Source: Desulfomonilia bacterium (GTDB lineage Bacteria; Desulfobacterota; Desulfomonilia; UBA1062). Taken from it: a stretch of 64,000 bases of DNA. The translations under genes and the position numbers were made by a program. How positions within the stretch are numbered: position 1 is the first letter of the stretch; every line of letters begins with the position of its first letter. The stretch spans positions 64,001 to 128,000 of the forward strand of contig JBEKDT010000012.1 in assembly GCA_050014195.1 (NCBI GenBank). The letters run 5' to 3'. Shown here in pieces: positions 1-11,131 of this stretch. The notes beneath the pieces were generated by a model. That model was not told the origin of the DNA. It worked only from the letters and a program-made list of their open reading frames with translations, and made no database searches.

Positions 1-252
1 GCGGAAGAATATGATCTAAGGGTTCAGATGTCAAGATAAATGCATGTGAAAAAGATGAGATATGAGTCAGGATCGCAATATGATTTGATAACTGGAAAAC
101 GGCACTAATCCTTGCTTTGTGCTCTACTCACAAGAAATAATATGATGCTCCCCGTATGACTATGGACGTCACGGCGTATTTATGGTACTCACCTGAATAG
201 TATCATTCAAGCTACTGCATGTGAATCAAAACTATATGAGGGGGAAAAACCT

Positions 253-1017
253 ATGAGGCGCTTCAGTTTAACCGTAGCAGTCTGTTTTGTAGTCGGATTG
301 TTCCTATCGGCCATTGTCCCATCCTATCTCTTGGCAGCGGGTCCGGTGAAAACCGTGATTGTGGCAACAGATGCCACATGGCCTCCCATGGAGATCCTCG
401 ATGCCAACAAGAACATCGTCGGGTTCGACATCGACTTCCTGAATGCTGTTGCCAAGGAGGCAGGCTTCAAGGTTGAGTTCAAGAACACTGCTTGGGACGG
501 CATATTTGGGGGGCTCGAACTGGGTAAGTATGATGCCATTATCTCTTCGGTCACTATCACGGATGAGCGCAAGAAAAAGTACGACTTCTCGCTCCCCTAT
601 ATCAATGCAGGCCAAGTACTCGTGGTGCCCAAGACCACCAAGGGTGTGAAGACCGTAGCTGACCTGAAGGGTAAGAAGGTTGGTGCACAGATCGGCACCA
701 CGGGCGCCATGGAAGTGCAGAAAGATAAGGCCGTAGAACTTAAAAACTACGACGAGATCGGACTTGCCTTTGAAGATATGGCGGCAGGCAGGATCGAGGG
801 TGTAGTGTGCGACACCCCGGTTGCAGCCGACTATGCACTCCAGAGGGCCGAGTACAAGACCAAATTCATGATCGTAGGCGAGCCTTTCACCAAGGAACAG
901 TACGGTATCGTCGTGAAGAAGGGCGACAAGAAGCTGCTGGACCTCCTCAACAAGGGCATCAAGGCTGTGCAGAAAAAAGGCATTGATAAAGAAATTGAAA
1001 AGAAGTGGCTGAGATAA
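253..1017 (+). CDS. Polar/basic amino acid ABC transporter substrate-binding protein
   Basis: Signal peptide; VATDATWPPME, GFDID, WDGIF, S-V-T-I-T-D-E-R SBP_bac_3 motifs; RBS GAGGGGG upstream. Confidence 0.95.
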   Translation: MRRFSLTVAVCFVVGLFLSAIVPSYLLAAGPVKTVIVATDATWPPMEILDANKNIVGFDIDFLNAVAKEAGFKVEFKNTAWDGIFGGLELGKYDAIISSVTITDERKKKYDFSLPYINAGQVLVVPKTTKGVKTVADLKGKKVGAQIGTTGAMEVQKDKAVELKNYDEIGLAFEDMAAGRIEGVVCDTPVAADYALQRAEYKTKFMIVGEPFTKEQYGIVVKKGDKKLLDLLNKGIKAVQKKGIDKEIEKKWLR

Positions 1018-1817
1018 GTTTTAGAAAAAAGAAAAAGGTTGATGAGCCTAAGAAGGTACTCATAGACGTAGGCGATGGGGCCGCCATCCCCTCAAAGGAG
1101 GATGTCGGCCTTTTCACCGCGTGGCGGGTAGCCTTCTTCGGCTCGATTTTGATCACGGCCGGCTTGGTCGTCTTCAAGCCCAACCCTTACCTGGAGATCA
1201 TCAAATTCGTGCCGGACGGCATCCTGGTAACCTTTGAGGTGACCGTGATGTCCATCATGCTGGCGCTTGTCATCGGGTTATTCACAGGCCTTGGCAGGAT
1301 CGCCAAGAACCCGCTCATCAACGGCATCGCATCGCTCTACGTCGAGGTGATCAGGGGCATTCCTTTGCTGGCCCAACTCTTTTACATATACTTCGCACTG
1401 GGCAGAATTATCCAGTTGCCCCCCATGCCGAGCGCTGTTATGGCCATGTCGATCTGCTATGGCGCGTACATGGGAGAGATATTCCGGGCAGGTATCCAGT
1501 CCATATCCAAAGGGCAGACCGAGGCGGCACGCTCGCTCGGCATGTCGAGCACGCAATCCATGTTTCATGTCATCCTGCCGCAGGCTATTAAAACAATCCT
1601 GCCGCCTATCGGTAATGAATTCGTGGCACTGCTGAAAGACTCGTCACTGGTGTCGATCCTGGCCGTCGCAGACCTGCTGAGGAGGGGACGCGAGTATGCA
1701 TCCCAGACCTTTGCCTATTTTGAGACCTACACCATGGTGGCGCTTGTGTATCTCATGATTACCCTGTTCTTCTCAAAGCTCATCAGCATCATGGAGGAGA
1801 AGATCCGTGCAGAATGA
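1005..1817 (+). CDS. Amino acid ABC transporter permease (HisM/GlnP family)
   Basis: [31 protein letters not shown] (EAA loop), LLKDSSL. Confidence 0.95.
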   Translation: MAEISFRKKKKVDEPKKVLIDVGDGAAIPSKEDVGLFTAWRVAFFGSILITAGLVVFKPNPYLEIIKFVPDGILVTFEVTVMSIMLALVIGLFTGLGRIAKNPLINGIASLYVEVIRGIPLLAQLFYIYFALGRIIQLPPMPSAVMAMSICYGAYMGEIFRAGIQSISKGQTEAARSLGMSSTQSMFHVILPQAIKTILPPIGNEFVALLKDSSLVSILAVADLLRRGREYASQTFAYFETYTMVALVYLMITLFFSKLISIMEEKIRAE

Positions 1818-2553
1818 AGGCCGACGCAAGATGGTCGAGATGAAGGGGGTTTTCAAGTACTTCGGCTCCCTGAAGGCCCTGGATAATGTATCGCTGAATG
1901 TCTTTGACGGTGAAAAGGTGGTCATCATCGGCCCCTCAGGCTCAGGAAAAAGCACTCTCCTGCGCTCCATAAACCGCCTGGAAGAAGTGAATGCAGGCAC
2001 CATCATTGTGGATGGTTTTGACATTTACGATGCTAATGTGAACATCAACAAGGTGCGCGAAGAGGTCGGCATGGTGTTTCAGTCGTTCAACGTGTTCCCT
2101 CACAAGACCGTGCTCCAGAACCTCATGCTGGCCCAGATCGTAGTAAGGAAGCGGGGGAAGGAAGAAGCGGAGAAGATTGCTTACGGCCTGCTTGACAAGG
2201 TCGGCATCCGCGAAAAGGCAAACGTGTACCCCACCAAGCTTTCAGGCGGACAGCAGCAGCGTGTGGCCATTGCCCGGGCGCTCGCCATGCAGCCCAAGCT
2301 CATGCTCTTTGATGAGCCCACATCCGCCCTTGACCCTGAAATGATCGGCGAGGTGCTCGACGTCATGGTGAACCTGGCCAAGGAGGGCATGACCATGATC
2401 GTGGTCACCCACGAGATGGGCTTTGCCCGCGAGGTGGCGGACCGTGTCATCTTCATGGACTACGGGGTGATCCTTGAAGAAGGCTCGCCCGAGCACTTCT
2501 TCAAGAACCCCACGCACGAGCGCACACAGCAGTTCATGAGGCAGATCCTGTAG
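1807..2553 (+). CDS. Amino acid ABC transporter ATP-binding protein (GlnQ family); start may be ATG at 1831
   Basis: Walker [45 protein letters not shown]. Confidence 0.96.
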   Translation: MQNEGRRKMVEMKGVFKYFGSLKALDNVSLNVFDGEKVVIIGPSGSGKSTLLRSINRLEEVNAGTIIVDGFDIYDANVNINKVREEVGMVFQSFNVFPHKTVLQNLMLAQIVVRKRGKEEAEKIAYGLLDKVGIREKANVYPTKLSGGQQQRVAIARALAMQPKLMLFDEPTSALDPEMIGEVLDVMVNLAKEGMTMIVVTHEMGFAREVADRVIFMDYGVILEEGSPEHFFKNPTHERTQQFMRQIL

Positions 2554-2605
2554 GAGCACCTTCAGGTGCGACCGGACCGGGATCGCGGCTGAGGCCGCTC
2601 CTACA
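2549..2605. repeat. GTAG-family REP doublet
   Basis: TGTAGGAGC...GCTCCTACA inverted ends with internal hairpins, overlapping the ABC ATPase stop codon. Confidence 0.7.
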
Positions 2606-2671
2606 ATATTACTCTTACAGCTCCTAATCCGTTGACAAGTCCCCAATGTCTATGTCAAAAACATCACCTGT

Positions 2672-2743
2672 GCCAGCGTAGCTCAGTGGTAGAGCAGCTG
2701 ATTCGTAATCAGCAGGTCCGGGGTTCGACCCCCCGCGCTGGCT
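2672..2743 (+). tRNA. tRNA-Thr (CGT), CCA not encoded
   Basis: GCCAGCG/CGCTGGC acceptor stem, TAGCTCAGTGGTAGAGC D arm, CTGAT-TCGTA-ATCAG anticodon arm, GGTTCGACCCC T arm; TTGACA at 2632-2637. Confidence 0.97.
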
Positions 2744-2748
2744 TGTCG

Positions 2749-4167
2749 TTACTTTGGCGCTGGTACTGAACCGTTGTAAAACACTTCACACTTTCCGCCA
2801 GTGAAGAGGTCCCGGGCCTGCTTGAGCAGATTGAGCGCCGGTCCTGCGAGGGACATTAGGACGCTTGGCTTCTCCACCACCGGTTTCCGGAAAGGGCCGT
2901 GGATTTTCTGCTGCACCCTGGCGCATCCCCGGGCGTCGATCAGCGCTATGGTTACGTCATCGAAACGTTCGTTGACGAAATTGATTCTTCCTTTGAGAGC
3001 GATCCTGTTCTGTTTGGTCGCCATGGCCACGTCCTTGGCTTGGGCTATGCCGCGCTCGACCTTCCAGTCGGAGAAGAGCTTCCGGATGCTGTTGCTACCT
3101 CCCGATCCCTGGAAGGTGCTCGCGAAGTTGTACCCCTTTGTGACTGCAAGGCCAAGTGGGCCGGCAAGAAAGAAGGCGCCAGCATCCACGAGGTTGAAGT
3201 TCTGACTGGACTCATACCGGGCAAACTCCCGGTCGAGGTCGTCGCCGTAGAGCGTGAGATTCTCGCCACGCAAAGAGACCTCTCCTCCAGCAGTCTGCGT
3301 TAACTCCTTTGTGGTATTCCCCTGCATCGACAGGGTTGCAGAGCAGTCCATCGATCCTTCAGCTACCTTCTTTGTGGAAAAGGTTTTGAGGTATTCCTCG
3401 ATCCGGAACTTTGACAGGGATGAGCGGACGGAATAACGGGGAACGGGATCAGAAAAATCTACCCCGATGCTCCCTGACCCTTGTCCGCCGAAAAGGCGCA
3501 TCGTGACCGGATTGAGAGCGAAGATGCCATCCTTGCCCCTGCAGGTGAGCTTCACATCGGAAAACATGAGGTCTTTCGTCCGGATCTCTTGGCAAGCGAA
3601 TTCTGCGGTGAAGGAAAGGTTCTTCAAAAGCTCCGTTCTATTTCTTCCTGCAATCCGCAAGCTGCGCATGTCCAAGTTGAAGTTTTCCACCTCGAATCCT
3701 TTCCCGGATTGTTCGTCTCTATAGAGGAAAGCACCGTCGAAGAGGGAAATATTATCGAGGACCAGGACAAAGAATGTCCCTTTGGCCTCTTCGAAATTGA
3801 ACGTACCATTGCGGTCCCGCTTAATGGAGATCCTGGGGCGCTGGAGCCCGATCCTCCTGATCCGGATTTCCTTGTGGAGCAGAGGGAGGTAAGCGATCTC
3901 AAGGCTGGCTTCCTTTGCAGAAGCGATGTCCATCTCCCGATTCCGGATGTGCACATCATCAAGCCTGACATGCAAGCCCGGAACGAAACCGATTCCCAGT
4001 CGGCCTCCAACATGGACCTCCATCCCCAAGGCTTCGGAGGCGGCCCTTTCCAACCGGGGCTTGTATACACTGGTGTCAACAATAAAAAATAGGACAACAG
4101 AGATGAGGATGAGCAGCCCAATGAGCCCAATGATGGCGAAGAGGATGATTTTCAATGATTTTGACAT
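2749..4167 (-). CDS. AsmA family protein
   Basis: N-terminal TM anchor, YKPRLERAASEALG, beta-rich AsmA-like body. Confidence 0.85.
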   Translation of the reverse strand: MSKSLKIILFAIIGLIGLLILISVVLFFIVDTSVYKPRLERAASEALGMEVHVGGRLGIGFVPGLHVRLDDVHIRNREMDIASAKEASLEIAYLPLLHKEIRIRRIGLQRPRISIKRDRNGTFNFEEAKGTFFVLVLDNISLFDGAFLYRDEQSGKGFEVENFNLDMRSLRIAGRNRTELLKNLSFTAEFACQEIRTKDLMFSDVKLTCRGKDGIFALNPVTMRLFGGQGSGSIGVDFSDPVPRYSVRSSLSKFRIEEYLKTFSTKKVAEGSMDCSATLSMQGNTTKELTQTAGGEVSLRGENLTLYGDDLDREFARYESSQNFNLVDAGAFFLAGPLGLAVTKGYNFASTFQGSGGSNSIRKLFSDWKVERGIAQAKDVAMATKQNRIALKGRINFVNERFDDVTIALIDARGCARVQQKIHGPFRKPVVEKPSVLMSLAGPALNLLKQARDLFTGGKCEVFYNGSVPAPK

Positions 4168-4517
4168 CTACGCTCCTGTTTCTTAAATCTACTATCCCTT
4201 CTCCCTGAGCCCTTGTAATAGGAACAGCTCGCACTGCTGCGACGGAGCGGATTTAAGGATTCAATCGTTGATAAAATACTTTTTTCACTCCTTCCGCCTC
4301 AAGGGATCTCCCGCACACAGAAGAAAGGGAATGATGCTCTTTCCCTATTATTACACGTTCATTCCTCGGGGTGAAATGTTTTCGTGGGTGATTACTGCAG
4401 AGAATGGTGAAAATATGTTTTCTATAGCCAAGATAATGATAAATTGTCTCTGACCCGAAATATCCGCTCTCGGAAAACCAAGACAAGGGGACACAACTAT
4501 TTAGACGTTATATCGTT

Positions 4518-5099
4518 TTACCAGCTTTTGTTCAAACAGATGCCGAAATATGAATAACCCGCCTCCGGCTGGATATCCCAACCTTTGTACGGCCGGGTAA
4601 TCAGATAGCTGCTCACGATGCCGATGGCCGCTCCCCCTATCACGTCGATCGTATAATGTCGTCCTGCCTCAACCCGGCTGTAAGCCACAAATGTTGCGAG
4701 GGCGTAAGCCGGCAATCCGTACTCCCATCCGTAACGCTTGCGCATGAACTCGGCAGAGATGAAGGAAATCGTAGCGTGTCCCGACGGGAATGATTGGTTT
4801 CCACCATTGGGTCGCGTCTTATCGATGGTGAATTTAAGGGCAAAAGTCGTGCCCATTGCCAGCGCCGCTGACTCACCAAACTCCCAAGTGCCCTGGCCAT
4901 CCTTAAAGCCGAAGGTCAGACCGGCTGCGGCGATAGGTAAGGCAAACACCAAAACGTTACCCGCTAATTCAATACGATCGTCAAAACGTTCGTTCGCTTG
5001 TGCGTCGATACCTGCCATGAGGCCGAACAGCGTTACGAACAGTAAAATGTTAATCCGGAGAATACGATGGTTCATCCCTGCTCCATGCGGCGATTGCAC
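4518..5099 (-). CDS. PAP2-family phosphatase (LpxE-like); start probably slightly downstream
   Basis: KxxxxxxRP, SFPSGH, SRVEAGRHY motifs. Confidence 0.9.
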   Translation of the reverse strand: MQSPHGAGMNHRILRINILLFVTLFGLMAGIDAQANERFDDRIELAGNVLVFALPIAAAGLTFGFKDGQGTWEFGESAALAMGTTFALKFTIDKTRPNGGNQSFPSGHATISFISAEFMRKRYGWEYGLPAYALATFVAYSRVEAGRHYTIDVIGGAAIGIVSSYLITRPYKGWDIQPEAGYSYFGICLNKSW

Positions 5100-5155
5100 C
5101 TAACAGGGGTAATCCCAACATTGGCCCAACCAGCTTCCATTTCTCTAAAATACCA

Positions 5156-6205
5156 TTAGAAGGTTCTGGTGACTGTAACACCCAAGTTATTGGTGCCTAT
5201 AACGGGTGTTACAAAAATTCTCCCACCATCAGAAGTGGATATTCCCCTGGTTACTATGTCAAATTTTCTTGAGGTTGAAAGCGATGCAATACCTGAAAGG
5301 GCAACGGCTCCAAATACGTCTGTTAGGTAGTGTTCCCCAGCTTCAACCCTTGAATATCCAATTAGGGCTGTTGCAATTGTTGCAGGAATTCCCGCACTCC
5401 AGCCGTAGTATTCCCAACTCTTGAACATTAAAACTGATACTCCTACCAAATGTCCACTTGGGAAAGAAGAAGTTCCCCTGAATACGTTATCGATGCCCCC
5501 ACCTTCAGCCTCTTGGCCCCTTGCTACATTAGGTCTTTGGTGAAATGGTATTTGAGAGATGGCGCCAACTTCAAGAATTGTAAGTACATATGTTGCCGTA
5601 ATATCCATGGAAAACTGGGTCAATTTTTCATTATTTGTTACACGACCCAAAAAGTAGCCACCAACTTGGAAAATTGGGATATTAAGCACTAGCCCACTAA
5701 TATCACCAACCTTTTGTCCATCTTTACCCATAACATTGGCTCTTTGAATAACTTGTTGCTGGTGCATTTCATCCAGGGAAAGCATATAGGTAATTCCGCC
5801 TGTAGCCCCAATAAGAAGTACAGAATCCCAATTTGTAAATTGGTTCAAAAATCCTGCTCCAGCAAGCTTCAGCACATCGATAGCATCTTGTCCCACGGTA
5901 TGTTCTCTTAAAATAAATTGCCTGGAAGAATTTTCACTCTTTGTAGTTTCGTCTTCTACAATTATTGTGGGTTGATTGCTTGCGGTATATAGACCAAAAC
6001 CTGTGTAGCTATTAAAGATTGTGCAATGATCAATATCACTTTTGTTTGATGCAGGAATTTGAATTGTAAATGGGGTTTGTGTTGAGTTTGCACTTTGAAC
6101 TGGTTCTACCTGAATTTTATTTTCCGTTTGGCTTTGGCTGTAAGCAAATGGAGGCAAAACAAGTAGGGTTATTAAAAAAGATATGAAAAAATATCGACCT
6201 CTCAT
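5156..6205 (-). CDS. PAP2-family phosphatase with N-terminal extension (AT-rich gene)
   Basis: RP, SFPSGH, SRVEAGEHY motifs; signal peptide. Confidence 0.85.
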   Translation of the reverse strand: MRGRYFFISFLITLLVLPPFAYSQSQTENKIQVEPVQSANSTQTPFTIQIPASNKSDIDHCTIFNSYTGFGLYTASNQPTIIVEDETTKSENSSRQFILREHTVGQDAIDVLKLAGAGFLNQFTNWDSVLLIGATGGITYMLSLDEMHQQQVIQRANVMGKDGQKVGDISGLVLNIPIFQVGGYFLGRVTNNEKLTQFSMDITATYVLTILEVGAISQIPFHQRPNVARGQEAEGGGIDNVFRGTSSFPSGHLVGVSVLMFKSWEYYGWSAGIPATIATALIGYSRVEAGEHYLTDVFGAVALSGIASLSTSRKFDIVTRGISTSDGGRIFVTPVIGTNNLGVTVTRTF

Positions 6206-6375
6206 TTGTCTCAGATCACTGGAATAGCCTGAATAAATGCGTCGCCGTTATCGCAATCAGCCCGAACATCAAATGGGTCTCACCTTGGTCCCGTGCACCC
6301 GCACAAACTTTCCACCATAATTGTTCTACAGATTTGAGTTTACCCATCACTCGGCGGTACTCGAATCAGACCTTG

Positions 6376-8118
6376 TCACCGCTGAGCCCACTCGACGGCG
6401 CCGAACTTGGTGTCGCTAAGGTATGTGTAAACGAGGCTGACGGTTCCCGCCGTCTGGTGACTGTCAGGCCGGTCGGGATACTGCGCATTCCGTAGGGAGG
6501 CTAGGTATGTGATCCCGAGGGCGTGATGGCGGTAAATGCGATAGGTGAATCCCATGTTCAGGCGGTCGATGATCTCTCTTCCCCCCGGGTCATCGCTACC
6601 CACACCGGTCAAATAATACGTGCGCCCTGTTAAGTCGAACATGGCCCTGTCACCAAGGATGAGGCGGAGCGCGAGGAGCCCCTGTGGGGCGACGCCGTAG
6701 TGGTAGTCGCGTTCAGCATCTGGGGTGACATTACCGGCCGCAGCGTAACCGAAACCCCCGAGGACCGAGCCCTGGAGCGCTATTGCTCGCGCGAGCCACC
6801 ATTGATAGGTAGTACCGAGAGAGGCCGACGTGCTTGAGACACGGAAGATGTGCGGCGATATATAGTCATAGCCGCCATAGAGGCCCCATATCCCGCAATA
6901 GGAATTGCCGACCTCGTAGTCCGTTCCGAGGAGGAGGCCCCGGATCATGATGTTATCAAAAGGGTTAGCTGTGTTGCCCAGCGTGGAGAATTCAAAATGG
7001 AAGTAGTCGAAAGGACGCGTGTATCTATAGCCGGGCTCCCCGGGGAGCCCGTAGGCCAAGAGGAAGTCCCCGGTCGCCTCGGTCTTGGTATTGGTGCCGG
7101 GGACACCCTGGTCGGTCAGGTGCGAACTCAGACTTGCGCCGAGCCGCAGACGCCAGAGGATGGCCGGATCATGGCTCGGAAAAACGGGCTTGAATCGATC
7201 GCCGAAGGCAAGGCGATTGTAACCCATGGATGGCGAAATCATTGCCGCGCACAGCTCGCGCCAGAACCCGGGTTTGCTGCCATCGCCCTCGAGCACCAGG
7301 CTGGCCATCCGGAAGAGCGCCTCCCCGAAGAAGCTCCCGGCAATGCCGCTGGCGATCATGTCATTGTAGGAGGGTGGTGAGTTCTCCCCGGCCGTTTCCC
7401 AGAGAAGGCTGCCCGCGTTGTCGTAGAGGAGCGCCTCCCAGTAATCGAGGCCCGCCGACCTGGCGAATCCATGGTATATGGATCCCATATACGGATGGTT
7501 GAACTGGTTCATGGCAAAGGCGTCCGTGTCGATCTGCCAGCCCCCGTGGACGACGTGATCGTGGAAGGTTGACCAGTTCGTGCTGTAGGTTTTTTTCCCT
7601 GATAACTCTACAGAGTTAGGGTAAGCGAACCGGTCATACAAGTTGAGGAGAAGTTCGAAGGCCGGGATTTCGAGGGCTGGGATGAGGTAGCTCTTGCCGG
7701 CCCCCGTCTCCCAAGACAAGGTCTGTGTCGTCTCCTCGGGCTTTTCCTCCAACAACCCTTTCCTGCTCATAGAGATATTTACGGTCCGGTTCGTGGTCAT
7801 ATCGGAAAGCTCCATCACCTCCGGAGCCGAAATATTGATATATCCAGGTTTTGATGCCATGAGGGTGTAATTCCCCAGGGCTGGAATACCCACTGAATAG
7901 TTACCCGACGCATCAGTAGTCCCTATTCCTGCCAACGCACCGATATTTGCATCTTTTACCGTGATGATTACCCCTTGAATACCGTGGTTGTTAGAGATAT
8001 CCTTTACGGAACCCGAGATGCCGTCTCCTTGGGCAAAGGCCCAGCTACCAGCAGAGATCCCTCCACCCACAAGGAGCACTGCAAGAATCGCCTTGAATGT
8101 TTTTCTTGCGCCTTTCAT
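6376..8118 (-). CDS. Secreted protein: carboxypeptidase-regulatory-like domain + DUF3943-like outer-membrane domain
   Basis: Signal peptide; ISGSVKD..GIGTTDASGNY; D.D.F.MNQFNHPYMGSIYHGFARSAG; beta-barrel-like C-terminus. Confidence 0.75.
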   Translation of the reverse strand: MKGARKTFKAILAVLLVGGGISAGSWAFAQGDGISGSVKDISNNHGIQGVIITVKDANIGALAGIGTTDASGNYSVGIPALGNYTLMASKPGYINISAPEVMELSDMTTNRTVNISMSRKGLLEEKPEETTQTLSWETGAGKSYLIPALEIPAFELLLNLYDRFAYPNSVELSGKKTYSTNWSTFHDHVVHGGWQIDTDAFAMNQFNHPYMGSIYHGFARSAGLDYWEALLYDNAGSLLWETAGENSPPSYNDMIASGIAGSFFGEALFRMASLVLEGDGSKPGFWRELCAAMISPSMGYNRLAFGDRFKPVFPSHDPAILWRLRLGASLSSHLTDQGVPGTNTKTEATGDFLLAYGLPGEPGYRYTRPFDYFHFEFSTLGNTANPFDNIMIRGLLLGTDYEVGNSYCGIWGLYGGYDYISPHIFRVSSTSASLGTTYQWWLARAIALQGSVLGGFGYAAAGNVTPDAERDYHYGVAPQGLLALRLILGDRAMFDLTGRTYYLTGVGSDDPGGREIIDRLNMGFTYRIYRHHALGITYLASLRNAQYPDRPDSHQTAGTVSLVYTYLSDTKFGAVEWAQR

Positions 8119-8232
8119 GGCTTCTCCTTTCTTTCCAATACTCTAAAGTTTTCAAAACAAGGGAGGGTTGTACAAAACCGCTCCCTCAACAGGTATAGGG
8201 GTTTTAGCTTTTCAACTGTTTTTGGCGCATTC

Positions 8233-8595
8233 TCATGGGTGATATCCTTGAGGCAGTGTTGGGACTGTGCTGTCAGCATGTGTCTTAACCTTATAGACAA
8301 CCTTAATTCTTGAAGAGTCCGATTTAACCGCATTACTTTGGACATCGTACTCCTGTTTACTTATCGCTCTGACCCTGTCCATAACTCGAAAATGATTTGT
8401 GTGACTGCAAAATGGGCAGGTAACATCAATTGCAATAAGGTCATGACTCAAGTCGATCCCTTCCTTTTGCAGGTAGGCAATCCCAGTTGAGTAATTGTTG
8501 TGAGAGAGGAAAGACTCAACCGGAATATTTTTATTGCATCCGGGGAATAGACATTTGAAGATGTTGTAGTTGGTAGTCCTCCCTGGATCATACAT
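8233..8595 (-). CDS. Hypothetical Cys/His-containing (possible Zn-binding) protein
   Basis: GGAGA RBS; CLFPGC and CPFCSH motifs. Confidence 0.55.
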   Translation of the reverse strand: MYDPGRTTNYNIFKCLFPGCNKNIPVESFLSHNNYSTGIAYLQKEGIDLSHDLIAIDVTCPFCSHTNHFRVMDRVRAISKQEYDVQSNAVKSDSSRIKVVYKVKTHADSTVPTLPQGYHP

Positions 8596-8764
8596 AATAA
8601 TCTCCTATAGGAGAGTTCTTATTAATCGAATCTTCATTCTCACCTCATTCATAAGAACTCTCAAACACCGACCAGGTTATTGTAACGTCGAATAGTTATC
8701 ATGCTCTGCCCGACAGATCTTATAGATGACAGCCTTTTCATAATGGCATAAACTAATTATCACC

Positions 8765-9442
8765 CTAATTTCTATTCTGATTATCTTCCTGCCCTCTTTC
8801 AGGTTTTCCCTGTTGAGGTTTAGATTGTTGTGGTGCCTTCTGGTGTTGTTGCTGTGAGTGCTGTTGTTGGACCTTTAAGGATTGTGGCCGCGATTGTTGT
8901 TGTCTGGCTGACTTTTGAAATTGCGGTTTTGCCTGGGATCTTGGTTGGACCGCTTGAGACGGCTGTTGTGATCGCGTTCGGGGCTTCAAACCTTGGACAC
9001 CCCAGGTATTTTGCTTTTCCCAATGTCTGCTCTGTTCCCAGGTGCTCCAGTTTTGTTGGACTTGTTGGTGAGGTATTCGCTGGTAGTTCCATGGATGTCC
9101 TCCCCAACGATGATCTCGGTAGTCATTCCTCCAACCTGACGGTACCCTTCCATAAAAGGATGGGACCCTTTGATAGTAGGCCCAACCTGAGTCATAGTTC
9201 CGTGAGCGATACCAACGCCCTTCCCACGGACGCCACCACCAACCATGGTAGAAAAAGATGTCCACATCTACGTCAGGGACAGCATAGACATCAGTCTCAG
9301 GTATCACTACCATCTCTGGAGGTGTGGCAAATACGATGGGTGGAAGAGAAATGCTAATACCTACATTTACCCCGGCCATCGCTGGAGTAGGAAATACAAG
9401 TACCAGCGCCAAAAGTATTGTTCCAAGAAGCAACTTTTTCAT
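8765..9442 (-). CDS. Secreted Trp/Pro-rich protein with Gln-rich tail
   Basis: Signal peptide, PPEMVVIP..FFYHGWWWRPWEGRWY, Q-rich C-terminus; lies downstream of a sigma54 promoter. Confidence 0.8.
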   Translation of the reverse strand: MKKLLLGTILLALVLVFPTPAMAGVNVGISISLPPIVFATPPEMVVIPETDVYAVPDVDVDIFFYHGWWWRPWEGRWYRSRNYDSGWAYYQRVPSFYGRVPSGWRNDYRDHRWGGHPWNYQRIPHQQVQQNWSTWEQSRHWEKQNTWGVQGLKPRTRSQQPSQAVQPRSQAKPQFQKSARQQQSRPQSLKVQQQHSQQQHQKAPQQSKPQQGKPERGQEDNQNRN

Positions 9443-9517
9443 TTTGTAGCCTCATCCCTCTCTTCAGGTACTACACGAAAATAACTACTCGATAGTCCCC
9501 ATGTTATTCACTGTAAG

Positions 9518-9666
9518 AGCAAATGGCCTGCCAATAGCCGATGGGAAATCATAAGTTTCGAATCATCCTTTAACAACAGCTGGTTAGATGAATAGGAGAG
9601 AACAGTAGAAAAGTATGAAATGATTCGTTTGGCCTCAATATTTGGTGGAACCTCAACATATTGAGG
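9518..9666 (-). promoter_or_regulatory. sigma54 promoter + tandem enhancer, copy 1
   Basis: TGGCAG-GCCAT-TTGCT (-24/-12) at 9533-9518; palindrome CCTCAACATATTGAGG 9651-9666 and half-degenerate CCTCAATATTTGGTGG 9633-9648. Confidence 0.85.
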
Positions 9667-10031
9667 GATAGTTTTAAAGGGTTCAGATGGCTTGATCTGA
9701 TTACTTTCACATCAGCCAGCGTTTTTTCATGAGTAGATATGAGAAGAAAAAGGTTAATAGTCAGACTAAAAGCAAATATATTCGTTCCAGAGATAGATTT
9801 GATATTCTGCCTTCTCTCCTTTCGTTTGTATTATGCAAACATTAAAATGATAACATAAGGTGTCTTGCATAAGATTCGTATGTTCGCTGAGTTAAATAAA
9901 CAATCGCCAACACTAAAATTATCATAACCAAAACTCCAATGACGAATCCCATGTTCCCCTGCTTTCTCACAGCTAGTTATTTCATTACTCTTGCTAGCCG
10001 GCAGTGATCATAGAGTCTTTTTCGTCTTGGA

Positions 10032-10787
10032 CTACTCGATGGTCATCCGGTTATTTACACCCTTCACACCGTTTACGTCGTTAGCGAGTTTGGTGGCCAG
10101 GTCCAATTCGGCTGCGTTGCTGGCCTTTCCATACAATGTGACCACGCCACGTTTCGTCTCGACCTTGGTATTGAGGGCACTGGTCGAGCGGTGATAGAGC
10201 AATGTCATCTTGACCTGGGCGGTGATGGAAGCGTCATCAATTTTTTCGCCTACCGTTCGCGTCTTTTTCGAGGTTTCTGTCACGGTCATCTCATTATTTA
10301 CGTCTTTAACCCCTTCGACACCCTTGGCGTATTCAGTCGTCAATTCCTTTTGTGCCTGACTGGCAGCATCGCCTCGCAGGGTCACCATGCCGTCTTTGAC
10401 GTCAACCTCGGTTGTGACGGCGCTCACGCTACGATGAAACAAGAGTGCGACTTTCACTTTATCACGGAGCCATGCATCCGAGTTTGCGGTGGAGGGCTCG
10501 CCTTTGATTTCCAGTTTGTTGTCCACGCTCTTGACCCCGGGCAGACCCGCCATGGTCTCCTGGGCCAAAGATTTGTGGGATTCTTCGGAGACAGTTCCCG
10601 TTAAGGTAACAACGCCATCCATGGACTGGATCTTAATATCATCGTCCTTGAGATAGGTCTTGAACACATACGACTGCTTTGCGGTTGATTCGATGCGGCT
10701 GTCCATATTCGACGCTTGCACAGGCATGCTGAGTGCCAGCAGAGCCACCGCTGCCACCATGAGAGATAGAGAATATATTGCTTTCAT
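10032..10787 (-). CDS. Triple BON-domain (OsmY-like) periplasmic protein
   Basis: Signal peptide; three D..I...VK / GVVTLxG / GVK.V.N repeats. Confidence 0.92.
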   Translation of the reverse strand: MKAIYSLSLMVAAVALLALSMPVQASNMDSRIESTAKQSYVFKTYLKDDDIKIQSMDGVVTLTGTVSEESHKSLAQETMAGLPGVKSVDNKLEIKGEPSTANSDAWLRDKVKVALLFHRSVSAVTTEVDVKDGMVTLRGDAASQAQKELTTEYAKGVEGVKDVNNEMTVTETSKKTRTVGEKIDDASITAQVKMTLLYHRSTSALNTKVETKRGVVTLYGKASNAAELDLATKLANDVNGVKGVNNRMTIE

Positions 10788-11131
10788 AGCATGTTCTCCT
10801 TGTATTTTTGTTACTGTTAATTTTTGACCCCTTTTACTTCGAAGACCTCATGCCTTTCGGAGTCCTCGTTGCGGTGTATCATGCAACTGCAGCCGTGGGC
10901 ACAAGGACACGCAGGTGCATGATACGCCGCTCTCACTAGTTCCCCAAAACCTTCTTGACCTGACCGATCTTTTCCTGAACTTTGCCGGCTATCTTTTCAC
11001 CGGTACCTTCAGCTTCCAACTTTGGGTTATCGCTCAAGTCCCCGGTGAACTCCTTGAGCTTACCCTTTACTTGGTGATACATGCCTTCCGCCTGGTCCTT
11101 CGTGCTGGATTTCAAGGTATTCCTCCTTTGC

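Noticed and set aside
5090-6300. attC-like remnants (CCTAAC, GCCCAAC, CCGAAC) around the AT-rich PAP2 gene
   Set aside because: Isolated short cores with no complementary partner or hairpin.
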